Part shown: positions 14,727 through 27,614 of the stretch, one piece after another
Numbering within the stretch: the first letter of the stretch is position 1
Layout: the number at the start of each line of letters is the position of its first letter
Assembly (NCBI RefSeq): GCF_009914755.1
Contig: NC_060947.1
Source of the DNA: the human T2T-CHM13v2.0 reference genome, Homo sapiens
Reading direction: 5' to 3' (one strand)
DNA length: 64,000 bases
Notes under the pieces: generated by a model
The model's input: the letters and a program-made list of their open reading frames with translations, nothing else
Database searches by the model: none
What the model was told of the DNA's origin: nothing
Made by a program: the position numbers and the translations under genes

Positions 14727-16960
14727 TATTTGCCCTCTTTTTAAAAGGATTTTTAAAAGAAATACTGTTGTTATTTGAGTTCCTTGTATATTCTGGATAT
14801 TAGTCCCTCAGTCAGATGAATAAAAATATTTACTTTCATACAAATTGTTGTCTCTTTATTCTGGTGATTATTTCCTTTGGTATGCACAGGCTTTTTAATT
14901 GAATATAGCACCATTTGTCTGTTTTTGGTTTGTTGCCTGTGCTCTTTAGGTCTTAGTCATAAAATCTAAAATCTTTTTCTGTATGTCTTGAAGTGTTTTT
15001 CCTACATTTAATATTTTTATAGTTTTTGGCCTTACATTAAAATATTTAATCCACCTGGAGTTGATTTTTGTATATGGTAAAAGATAGAGAAATAGTTTTA
15101 TTTTTCTACATATTGACATTCACTTTTCCCAGCACCATTTATTAAGGAGAGTGTCCTTTTTACCAATGTATATTCTTAGCACCTTTGTCAAAAATCAGTT
15201 GTCTGTAAATACGTGAATTTATATTTTGATTCCCTGTTCTGTTTCCTTGTTCTGGGTGTCTGTTGTTACACCAATACTATGCTATATTCTTGTATTATAT
15301 TTTGAAGTAAGGTAGTTTCATGCCTCTGGCTTTGTTCTTTTTGCTCAGAATTGCTTTGGCTATTAGGAGTCTTTTCTGATCCCATATAAACTTTAGGATT
15401 ATGGTTTTTATTGCTGTAAATAATGTTGGTATTTTGATAGGAGTTGAATCTGTAGATTTCTTTGGACAGTATGATCATTTTAAGGATATCAATTTTTCCA
15501 ATCTATGAGATGGGAGGTCTTTTCATTTTTTTATGACTTCTTCAACTATTCATGAGTGTTTTTTAGTTTTCCTTCTAGAGATCTCCTACTTACCTGGTCA
15601 AATATATTCATAGGTAATATTTTTGTCGTTTTGGAAATGGGATTGCTTTCTTGATCTCTTTCTTAGCTAGTTAATTATTGGTGTATGGAAATCCTACTGA
15701 TATTTGCATGTTGATTTGTATTCTACAAATTTACTGAATTCATTTATTAGATCTAAGTGTTTTAATGGAAATTTTCATAGATATAAATCATATCACCAAC
15801 AAAGAGAAATGATTTGACTTTCTTTTTTCCCAAATTGGATGCCTTTTCTTTCTTTGTCTTTCCTTATTGTTCTGGCTAGGATTTCCAGTACTATGTGGAA
15901 TAGGAGCGGTGGAAGTGGACATTCATGTTTTGTTCCAATTCTTAGAGGAAAAGCTTTCAGCATTTCTCCATTCAATATAATGTCAGCTGTGAGTTGATCA
16001 TACATGGTTTCTGTTATGTTCAGGTATGTTCCTCCCATGCCTAGTTTGTGGAGAGCTTTTATAATAAAGAAATATTGAGTTTTATCAAATGCTTTTTCTG
16101 AGCTTGTTTAGATGATCCATATAAATTTTGTCCTTCATTTGGTTGATGTGATGTAACAGGTTTATTGATTTGTGCATGCTGAACCATCCTTGCGTCCTTA
16201 GGATAAATCCCACTTGATCATTTTGTATTATTTTTGATGTGCTGCTCATTTGGTTTGTTAGCATTTCATTGAGAAGTTCTGTATTAAATTTCATCAGGAA
16301 AATGATCTATAGTTTCCTCACTTGTTGCTTTTTTCACTAATTTTGGTGTCAAGATAATGCTGGGTTCATAGAATGAAATAAGGAGAAATCCCTCCTCTTC
16401 AATTTTTTGAAACTGTGTGAGGAGAATTGGGGTTCATTGTTCTCTGAATGTTTTATAGAATTTGGCAGTGAAGCCACCCAGTCCTTGACTTTCCTTTTTT
16501 TTTTAGAAAATTTACATCACTGATGTATTATTATTCCTTATTTGTATTTTTTTTTCAAGAGTTTCATTTCTTCCTGATTAAATCTTGGTATATTGTATAT
16601 GCCCAGAAATGTATCGATTTTCTCTAGGATTTTTAGTTTTTTAGTGTATAGTTAGTCTTAATAGTCTCTCATGATCTTTTTTATTTTTGTGGTTATCGCT
16701 TGTAATGTCTCCATTTTCATTTCTAATTTTGTATATTTGAGTCTTCTCTTTACTTTTTTGGTTAGTCTAGCAAGTGTTTATTCATTTTGTTGATCTTTTT
16801 ACAAACCACCTTTTTGTATTGTTAATCCTTTGTATTGTTATTTTTGTCTCTATTTTATTTAGTTCTGTTCTGATATTTATTATTTCTTTTACTAATTTTG
16901 GCATTGATTTGTTCTTACTTTTCTTGTTCCTTGAGTTGCATAATAAGATTGTTTACTTGA

Positions 16961-17363
<403 letters not shown>

Positions 17364-19171
17364 TCAATTGTCATTTGTTTCAATAATTTTTAAAATTTCC
17401 TCTGTATTCTCTTTCGCAACCAAGTGGTCATTCAGAATCATGTTTAAATGTTATGTATGTGTAAGTTTTCCAAAGCGTCTCTCTTATAAATTTGCAATTT
17501 TATTTCTTTATGATCCAAGAATGTATTTGATATGATTTGAATTAAAAAATGTTAAGTCATGTTTTCTGTTCTAACATATATTCTGTCCTGCAGAAATATT
17601 TTATGTGCTGTTGAGAAGAATGCGTGTTCTGTTGTTGTTGAATGAAATGATTTATAAGTATTTGTTTGGTCCATTTCGTCTGAAGTGCAGTTTAAATCCA
17701 ATGTTGCTTTTTTAATTTGTTGTCTACATGATCTCTCTAATGCTGAGTGGGGTTTTGAAGTCCTCAACTGATATTGTATTGGATTCTATCTCTATTTTTA
17801 GATCTAATATATTTAGTTTATTTAATTGGGTCATCCTGAGTCTGTTGCATGTATGTTTAGGATTGGTGTATCCTCTTGCTAACTTGATCCCTTTGCCATT
17901 ATATAATGACCTTTGTCTCTTTTTACTGTTTTTGACTTGAAGTTTGTTTTATTTGATATAAGTGTAGCTACTCCTGCTTATATTTTTGTTTTCTGTTTGC
18001 ATAGAATAACTTTTTTATCTTTTTACATTCAGTCTATATGTGTTTTACAGGTAAGATTAATCATCTGCATGCAGTATATAATTGGATAATGTTTAGTGTT
18101 ATAAGAAGAAATTATAATCTGCTTACATTTAAGGTTACTATTGAGAGAAGAGAGCTGGTGTTTGACATTTTATTAGTTGATTTCTGATTGTTTTGTGTAT
18201 TCTCTGTTCCATTATTTCTCAGTGCTTACCATTGTGGTTTGATGGTGTCTGTAGTGGGAACATTTGAGTTTTTTCTCCTCTTTGTTTGTTTGTGTGTTCT
18301 ACCAGTGAGTCTTGTACATTTGCACATTTCCATGATTGCAGATATTATCTTTTCACTTATGGGTACAGGACTCCCTTTTGATCTAGTGGTGGTAAATTTC
18401 CTCAGTCTTTGCTTGTCTTTGAGAGACCTTTTCTTGCTTTCTTATGCAAGATAGCTTTTTATAGTTTTCTTTGCTAGGTATAGTATCCTTGTCAGGCTCA
18501 TTTTTTCTCTTTTACCACTTTGAATATATCATCTCATTTTCTCCTGGGCTTTAAAATTTCTGTCAAAAATTTTACTGTTATTTTGATAGGGGTTATTTTA
18601 TAAGTGACTAGATACTTTTCTCTTGCTTATTCTATAATTCTCTCTTTTTCTTCACCTTTTGACAATTTCACTTAGTGTGTCTTATAGAAGACATTTTTGG
18701 ATTGTATCTATTTGGGGATATCTGAGACTCCTGTAATGGATGTCTAAATTTCTTGCTAGACTTGAGAATATTTTATCTATTATTTTGTTAAATACATTTT
18801 CAAAAACTTTAATTTTCTCTTAACCTTCTGGGATATTGAAAATTTGAATATTTTGTCACATTATAGAGTCCCATATGTCATGTAGGCTTTTCTGATTTCT
18901 TTTAATTCTTTTTTAAAAAAATTCCATATGCCTATAATATTTCAAAGGATCTGTCTTCATGTTCTGTAATTCTTTCTACTCCAGGATCTAGTCAATTATT
19001 GAAGTTTTTGAAGGTATTTTGTGTTTAATTCAATAAAGTTTTCAGTACTAATATATCTGTTTCATGTTTATTTTATATATCTCATTGGGAATTTTCTCAT
19101 TCATATCCTCAAATGTTTTACTGATTTCTTTGTATTATTTTTCAATAGGCTCATATATCTTACTGAGCTTT

Positions 19172-21288
19172 TGACATTTTTATTTATATATGCATATACA
19201 TATTATTTTATAAACTTGGGGGGTACAAGTGCAGAATTTTGCATGCGTATATTGTGTAGTGGTGATGTTTGTGTTTTTAGTGTACCCATCACCTCAATAG
19301 TGAATATTATACCCAATGTAGGTAATTTTTTACCTCTTACTATCCTCCCACCTTGCCACCTTTTGTAATTTTGAATGTCTGTTATTCCACTACGTATGTC
19401 CATGTGCATCCGTTTAGCCCCCGTTTATAAGTAAGAGCATGCAACATTTAGCTTTCTGTGTTTATTTCACTTAAATTAATGGCCTCATTTCATCTATGTT
19501 GCTACAAAACACATTTTTGGTTTTTTTAATTGTTTATAGCTGCATAATATTCCATGGTGGTGGTGGTGGTAGTGGTGTGTGTTTATGTGTGTATAGCAGG
19601 AAAAGGGTAAGTGAAAGATCCCCAGAAGCCCACATTTTCACCACGGACTCATGCAATCTGAGCCACAGGAAAGCCTCTCAACCCTTGTGGCCACTGAGAG
19701 TGCTTGAAGCTGATCTCATATCTCTCACCATATACAATAGTTAACTCCACATTTGTTAAAGACTTAAATGTAAGGCTTGAAACTATAAATTCCTAGAAGA
19801 AAACCTAGGAAAAGCTCTTCTCAAAATTGGCCTAGGCAAAGAACTTATGACCAAGTCTTCAGAAGCAAACTCAATGAAACAAAAATAGACAAATGGGACT
19901 TAATTGGATATATCCCATTGTGTGTAGGCTTTTGGGTTTTATATACCCAATTATATGTGGGCTTCTAGTGATCTTTCACTTACCCTTTTTCTGATATATA
20001 TATATTAACATATATATGTGTGTGTGTTTGTGTGTGTATTTATCACATATTATTTATCCAATCATCTGTTAATGAACACTAGGTTGATTTTATTTATTTG
20101 TTACTGTGAATATTGCTATGATAAATACATGAGTCCAGGTATCTTTTTGATGTGGCGATTTCTTTTCCTTCAGATATATACTCTGTAGTGGGATATCAAA
20201 ATCGAATGGTAGTTCTATTTTTAGGTTTTGAGTATTCTCCATACTGTTTTCCAGATAAGTTTTACTAATTTTCATTTCTACCAGCAGTATACAAGCACTC
20301 TATTTTCTCTATATTCTCACTGATATCAGTTGTTTTTTGACTTTTAAATCATAACCATTCTAACTTTTGTAAGACAGTATCTCATTGTGGTTTTAATTAG
20401 AATTTCTCTGATAATGAGTAATGTTGAGTATTTTGCATGTGTTTAGTGGCCAGTTGTATGCTTTCTTTTGAAAAGTGTCTGTTTATATTCTTTACTCTCT
20501 TTTTAAATATGGTTATTTGATTTTATCTCTTGTTGACTTGTTTGATTTTCTTATAGAGTCCAGATAATACCCCTTTGTCAGCTGCATGATTTGCAAATAT
20601 TTTTTCCCATTCTGCAGTTTGTCCGCTTCCTCCATTGATTATTTCTTTTGCTGCACAGAAGCCATTTACATTAATTAAGTCTCACTTGTCTGTTTTGTTT
20701 TATTGAATTTGCTTGTGAAGACTCAGTCATAAATTCTTTGCTTAGGTCAATTTCAAGAAGCACTTTTTTTTTCTTTTCTTCTAGGAATTTTACAGTTTCA
20801 AGCCTTATATTTAAGTCTTAGTACATCTTGAGTAAATTTTTGTATATGGGAATAGATGTGAGTCCAGATTTATTCTTTTTCATATGGCTATCCAATTTTC
20901 CCAGTACCACTTATTGAATAGTGTCCTTTCTCTGGTGTATATTTTCGCTGACTTTGTCAAACATTAGTTGGTCATAGATATGTGGTATATTTCTGTGTTC
21001 TGTATACTATTCCATTCATCAACACTCTATTTTCTTACTAGTACCATGCTGTTTTTGTTATTACATCCTTGAAGTATAATTTAAAATCAGATAATGTGCT
21101 TTCTTCAGATTTGTTTATTTTGCTTAGAATTGCTTTGGCTATTTGGGCTTTCTGGGAGGCCATATAAACTTTAGGATTTTTTTTTCTAATTCTGTGAGAA
21201 ACGATGTTGGTAATTTGATAAGGAATGTGTTTTAGGTAGATAGATTGCTTTAGTTAATATGGTCATGTTAACAACATTGATTCTTCAT
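19172..21288 (-). mobile_element. 5'-truncated L1 (L1PB-like) nested in L1MA ORF1; contains a complex insertion at 19597-19995
   Basis: 3' end 'gggggtacaagtgcagaattttgcatgcgtatattgtgtagtggtg'; flanked by a degenerate TSD with core actgagctt (~19162 and ~21292). Confidence 0.8.
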
Positions 21289-21370
21289 GTCACTGAGCTT
21301 CTGTAATACCAACATTTTAAATTCTTTTTTCTCAGATTTTGTAAATGTAAATGTATTTGTGTTTAGAATC

Positions 21371-21534
21371 TTTTTTTATTTTTTTGAGAAGGAATCTCTC
21401 ATGTTGCCCAGGCTGAAGTGCAATGACGAGATCTCGGCTTACTGCAACCTGCGCTTCCTGGGTTCAAGTGATTTTCCTGCCTTAGCTTACTGAGTAGCTG
21501 GGAATTACAGGTGCCCACCACCACATACGGCTAT
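21371..21534 (-). mobile_element. Alu right arm only, cut at the central linker
   Basis: Poly(T), then gttgcccaggctgaagtgcaatg...tacaggtgcccaccaccacatacggcta, then an abrupt switch to non-Alu sequence. Confidence 0.9.
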
Positions 21535-21681
21535 ACACACACAGTTGTGTGCACATGTGTGCACATACACCCACACACACCACCACCACCACCACCATGG
21601 AATATTATGCAGCTATAAAAAATTAAAAAAACAAAAATGTGTTTTGTAGCACCATGGATGAAATGAGGCCATTAACTTAAG

Positions 21682-23247
21682 TGTGTGTGATGTTTCCCTC
21701 CCTGTGTCCATGTGTTCTCATTGTTCAACTCCCACTTATGAGTGAGAACATGCAGTGTTTGGTTTTCTATTCCTGTGTTAGTTTGCTGAGAATGATGGTT
21801 TCCAGTTTCATCCATGTCCCTGCAAAGGACATGAACTCATTATTTGGTATGGCTGCATAGTATTCTGTGGTGTATATGTGCCACATTTTCTTTATCCAGT
21901 CTATCATTGATGGGCATTTGGGTTGCTTCCAAGTCTTTGCTATTGCAAATAGTGCTTCAATAAACATACATGTGCATGTGTCTTTATAGTAGAATAATTT
22001 CTAATTCTTTGATTTTATACTCAGTAATGAGATTGTTGGGTCAAATGGTATTTCTGGTTCTAGATCCTTGAGGAATCATAACACTGTCTTCCACAATGGG
22101 TGAACTAGTTTACACTCCCACCAACAGTGTGAAAGCATTCCTATTTCTCCACATCCTCTCCAGCACCCGTTGTTTTCTAACTTTTTAATTATCACCATTC
22201 TAACTGGCATGAGATGGTATCTCATTGTGGTTTTGATTTGCATTTCTCTAATGACCAATGATGATGAGTTTTTTTTTCATATGTTTGTTGGCCACATAAA
22301 TGTCCTCTTTTGAGAATTGCCTGTTCATATCCTTTGCCCACTTTTTGATGAAGTTGTTTGTTTTTTTTCTTGTAAATTTGTTTAAAATCCTTGTAGATTC
22401 TGGATATTAGACCTTTGTCAGATGGATAGATTGCAAAACTTTCTCTCTTTCTGTAGTTTGCCTGTTCACTCTGATGATAGTTTCTTTTGCTGTACAGAAG
22501 CTCTTTAGCTTAATTAGATCCCATTTATCAATTTTGGCTTTTGTTGCAATTGCCTTTGGTGTTTTAGTCATGAAGTCTTTGCCCATGACTATGTTCTGAA
22601 TGGTATTTCCTAGGTTTTCTTCTAAGGTATTTATGGTTTTAGGTTTTATTTTTAAGTCTTTAATCCATCTTGAGTTAATTTCTGCATAAGGTGTAAGGAA
22701 GGGGTCCAGTTTCAGTTTTCTGTATATGGCTTGCCAGTATACAGTATATTTAATTCCCATTTATTAAATAGGGAATCCTTTCCCCATCGCTTGTGTGTGT
22801 CAGGTTTGTCAAAGATCAGATTGTTGTAGATGTGTGTTGTTTTTTTCTGAGGCCTCTATTGTTTTCCATTGGTCTATATATCTGTTTTGGTAGCAGTATC
22901 ATGCTGTTTTGCTTACTTTAGCCTTGTAGTATAGTTTGAAGTCAGGTAGCGTGATGCCTCCAGCTTTGTTCTTTTTGCTTGGGATTGTCTTGGCTCTATG
23001 GGCCCTTTTTTGGTTCCGTATGAAATTTAAAGTATTTTTTCTTGTTCTGTGAAGAAAGTCCGTGGTAGCTTGATGAGAACCGGATTCAATCTATAAATTC
23101 TTCATATCCATGAGCATGGAATTTTTTTCCGTTTGTTTGTGTCCTCTCTTATTTTTTTGAGCAGTGGTTTGTAGTTCTCCTTGAAGAGGTCCTTCATGTC
23201 CCTTGTAAGTTGTATTCTTAGGTATTTTATTTTCTTTGTAGCAATTG
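21682..23247 (-). mobile_element. L1PA (roughly PA7) fragment lacking its extreme 3' end and poly(A)
   Basis: Starts mid-3'UTR at gtgtgtgatgtttccctccctgtgtcc; well-preserved ORF2 C-terminal ORFs at 21767-21967, 22076-22258 and 22407-22760. Confidence 0.9.
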
Positions 23248-23249
23248 AA

Positions 23250-23357
23250 ACACTCCTAATTTTTAAAGAAAGTTTCCAAATTTGTGTTGGGTCACATTCA
23301 AATCCATCCTTGATTGCATGCAGCCCATAAGCCATGGTTTGGACAAGGTTGGGTTTA
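23250..23357. mobile_element. One half of a MER30-like hAT-Charlie MITE
   Basis: 'aatttgtgttgggtcacattcaaatccatccttg...gcatgcagccc...ggtttggacaaggttg' resembles a recalled MER30 end; the other half is absent. Confidence 0.7.
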
Positions 23358-24749
23358 GGGTAAAGTTGTTAGTGGAGGCTGTGATAAAATATTCCTAGGG
23401 ACTCGGCTGCTAGGTGGGCCAGTCTTTGGGCCCTCTTAGTGGCAGTGATTGGTCAACTGTGCCTGTCTTCCAGTCCCAGGGTGGCACACACTAGCCACAT
23501 GTTAATGGGTCCAAGCTAACAAGGCTGATTCTTGGGCCTCTAGGTAGGTTGCTCTGGCACTGGAAGCTACAATAGTTGTCTGTGTAGGCAAACAAGTTCT
23601 TGGTCCCTTCGTGAGTGGACATGGCATGGACAATAGGTGTAGCGGTGGTGGGACAACCCTCTGAGATCCCATGTGTCCACGCTGATGTTAACAGTGGCTG
23701 TGACATACTGTGTGAGCCATTTCACAGGCTCACAGGGAGTGTCTTTTGGTATATACTCCCCGTGGTGGCAGCAGCAGGTTGTGTGGTCCTGACCTCAGAC
23801 CCTGAGAGGATTGCTTAGGTGTGAATGATGGTCAACAGGGCTGGAGGAAACCCAGGCCCTTGGATGTCATGCTCAGGTACTTGGGAGGATAGAGCCAGAC
23901 ATGGCATATCTGTCCCCAGACCCTTCCCTTATATGTTACATGCAGACACTGGCTGTGGTAGGCAGGGGTGTGGTGATTCCCAGGATGCCAATGAAATGCT
24001 CAGGTTGAGGTGGCAGCAGCTTTGCTGTAGCCCTGCTACTGAGAAAAGTTGGGTTGTTTTCAGTGGGGATGCCATTTTCAGGCAGCTAAGGCCATGTGCT
24101 TTTACATGTTTTGGCCCTACAGCCACCAATGGTAGTGGCTGTGAGCAGTGTAATTTGTCCTCCAGGTTTGTGAAAATCTGTGGCCGCTTCTTTAGGGGCG
24201 ATGGAGTTGCTGCCAGTGGCTCCTGCCTCAGTCTGGTAGTTGTGGCTACAAGTGGGGAATGTTATCAGGGCTCCAGTGATGTGGCAATGCAGATTCTCTT
24301 GTGCCCAAAGACAGAGTGCAGTGTGGTAGGAGCTCTCAAAATAGTGTTGTGCTGTAGCTGCTTAAGGCTTGTGGGTTTGTATATATTAGTGTGAACTTCC
24401 ATTCTGAAGCAATGCCTATGCTGGTCTCAGTGGCCACAAGGGTTGAGAGACTCTCCTGTGTCTCAGATAGCAAGAGTCCATGGTAAAAATATGGGCTCTT
24501 GGAAATCTTTCACTTACACCTTTCTTGCTATATGGAGCCTATCTAGGCTCCCAGAAGATCCCAGTCAAGCAAATTGAGAGCCTCACTTTGCTCTTTCCTT
24601 GCTTTTAGCATTTTCTGTCACTTTTCTGCTAAATTTCAGGATTATCTTTTAGATAATTTATTGAAGTGTGATTACTCACTATTTTGGTTCTTGGTGAAAA
24701 AGGTGAATATCAAATGCATCTAGTCAGCAATCTTGAAGTCAACCCTCTC

Positions 24750-25600
24750 TATACCACATTTTTTATAGGGTAACCTGTTAATAAACACTTAGATTGCTTT
24801 CATATCTTAGCTATTGAGAATAATGCTGCAATGAGCATAGGAGTGCAGATATCTCTGTGAGGTTCTGACTTCTTTTCCCTTGGTTATATGCTCAGAAGAA
24901 GGGTTGTTATATTATATATATTTCTATTTAAATTTTTTGAAGAAATTCCATACTGCTTTCCCTAATAGCTATACTAATCTATTTTCCCACTGACAATGTA
25001 CAAGGGGTCCTCTTTTCTCAATACCCTCAACAACACTTGCTATCTCTTCTCATTTTGATAATAGCCATTGTAACAGGTGTGAGGTGATAACTCATTGTGC
25101 TTTTGATTTTTTGTTTCCCTGATGATTAGTGATGTTGGTCACCTTTTCATATATCTGTTGGCCATCTTTATATCTTTTTTGAAAGATGATTCATGAAGTC
25201 TTTTGCTCATTTTTTAATTGGGTTATTCTTTGTTGGCTATTAGGCTGTGAGTTCTTTATATATTTTAGATATTAATTCCTTAATAGATACGTCGTTAACA
25301 AATATTTTCTTCTTATCTGTAGGCTGCTTTTTTCTGATTTCATTGCTGTGCAGAAGCTTTTTAGTTTAATATAGTCCAACTTTATTTTTGCTTTTGCTGC
25401 CTGTGCTTTTCTTTCACGTGTGTCTTATCAAAATGTCAGTGCCAAGACTAATGTCAAGGAGCTTTTCCTCTTTGTTTTCTTTTAGGAGTTTTATGTTTTC
25501 TGGTGCTATGCTTTGGTATTTAATTCATTTTGAGTTAATTTTTCTGTGTGGTATAAGATAATGTTTCAGTTTCTTTCTTTTCCATGTGGATATTTAGTCT
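24750..25600 (-). mobile_element. Continuation of the L1MA that starts at 10860
   Basis: Resumes at 'tataccacattttt', the sequence expected after the break at ~11350. Confidence 0.7.
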
Positions 25601-25835
25601 ACCCCATACTATGTATCAAATAATGTATCCTATCTCCCTTGGTCAACACATTGAAAATTATTGTGATAGATGTCTAGTGATATTTACTTACAATTTAAAT
25701 TTGATTTCTCTAAAGTCTAATGATGTTAAGCTTCTTGTCTTATGCTTATTTATCATTCATATATCCTCTTTTGTAAAATTTCTGTTTATGTCTTTTGCAC
25801 AATTTCCAATTAGATTGTTTAAATTGTTGACTATG
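25600..25835 (-). mobile_element. Continuation of the old L1MB/MC that starts at 9775
   Basis: 'gatttctctaaagtctaatgatgttaagcttcttgtcttatgcttatttatcattcatatatcctcttttgtaaaat' follows on in L1 order from ~10850. Confidence 0.55.
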
Positions 25836-25969
25836 TTTAGCTTCTCCATGGGGCCTGATGACACAAGGTGTGGAGGGAAAGTGGAGTACTGACTAGTGCC
25901 AAATTGAATCATTTTAGTCAGTCTCATATAGATGCTCAGTGTAGATGGAGGTTCAGATCCTTAGAGTGA

Positions 25970-26885
25970 CACTAAGGTTTTTATTTATCTATCTCCATAA
26001 AGGAGATTTGAACATATGTAAATGTTTATGGGAAAGAGACACTAGAAGCTAAATAATCAAGAGCAAACAGGGAATTTTTTTAGTGTAAGATTACTGAGAA
26101 GTTAGAATAAATGTACTTCAAAAAATAGAAAAGTTGACCTTAAAAAAGAGCTGATACAAGTTCTATAATGTAACAGATGGAAATAAAAGAGTGGATGCAG
26201 ATGCAAGAACATTAGAACTTTTAATAGCGCAACTTTAAAAAAAAAGGTTTCTGTCTGATTATTTGAACTTACCTCTTTGATTAAAATGAAGACCCTCTGC
26301 CCAGTTTCCACATCGAAGAGGTGATAATGAGGAGCCAGTAATAGAGACCAAGAGGCAGAACCAGAAAATGAAGGAGGTTTTCTTGAAGAGTGGAAATCCA
26401 AGAGAAAAAGAAATATTTCCAAGAAGATGTGAGCAACAGTGTCAGGTGTAATAATAACAAGGGGGGCGGGGGCGGAATAAGAACAATGGGGATTAGATTT
26501 GGCAAATAGTAAAATGTCATTAAAGAAAAATTTTAATAGAATTGTATTTTTATGAAAATTATGTGAGAAAATACTAAAAAGTAACACTAAAACGTTTTTT
26601 CAGGTTTTTAATGAAGTTTAAGATATTCATTTTAACTTAACCTTCTAAATAGTGGGGGACAATTATAAGTGACCCAGCTGGAAGTGTGCAAAATGGATTG
26701 GAGCAAGAGAAGATAGAAAGGAGAAAGGTTAATTTACAGTTTGTTGTAATAACACCAGTCAAATTTGAAGAGGGCCGGAATTAGAGCAAGAGCAGTAAAA
26801 ATGGAGAACAATGGATAGCTATGGCAGATGCTATCAAAGGCACATTTTCAGGACATGGTGACTGACTGGATATTTTCCAGTTACA
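25970..26885 (-). mobile_element. LINE-2 remnants
   Basis: 'gaggagccagtaatagagaccaagagg...ggaaatccaagagaaaaagaaatatttccaagaag' and 'ggacatggtgactgactgga' are L2-like. Confidence 0.55.
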
Positions 26886-26902
26886 CATCTTTCTTCAGAT
26901 CA

Positions 26903-27263
<361 letters not shown>

Positions 27264-27614
27264 AACAATAAATTATAATTCTCTGGTTTTTTTAATGGTA
27301 TCTATTTACTATTGTTGAAAAAACTTTCTCAACAGGAAATAATTAAGGGTAAAACTTATAATAACAAAATATTCAAAGATATCTTTCCTTTATATTTGGT
27401 AATTTTTGACACAAAAACTCATTTCACATAAATAAAACAAAAAGAATGAAACATACATAATGCCTTTCATAAATTTATTCATAAAAATAAATACTTATTT
27501 TTGAAAAATTATAAATATTATAAAAGTTAACATGTGAAGACACTGGCTCAATATATAGTTAGTAATAAGTATTGCTATTATGTTGTTTATTAAATATATT
27601 TTCCCAAAGACTTC

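Noticed and set aside
23825-24394. 189-aa ORF and overlapping ORFs in a GC-rich block, a possible ORF0-like antisense gene
   Set aside because: Lies antisense in a decayed L1MA 5'UTR where GC content lowers stop frequency; no recognisable protein features.
26102-26587. 161-aa hydrophobic ORF
   Set aside because: Low-complexity translation of the T-rich strand of an L2 remnant; no conserved motif evident.
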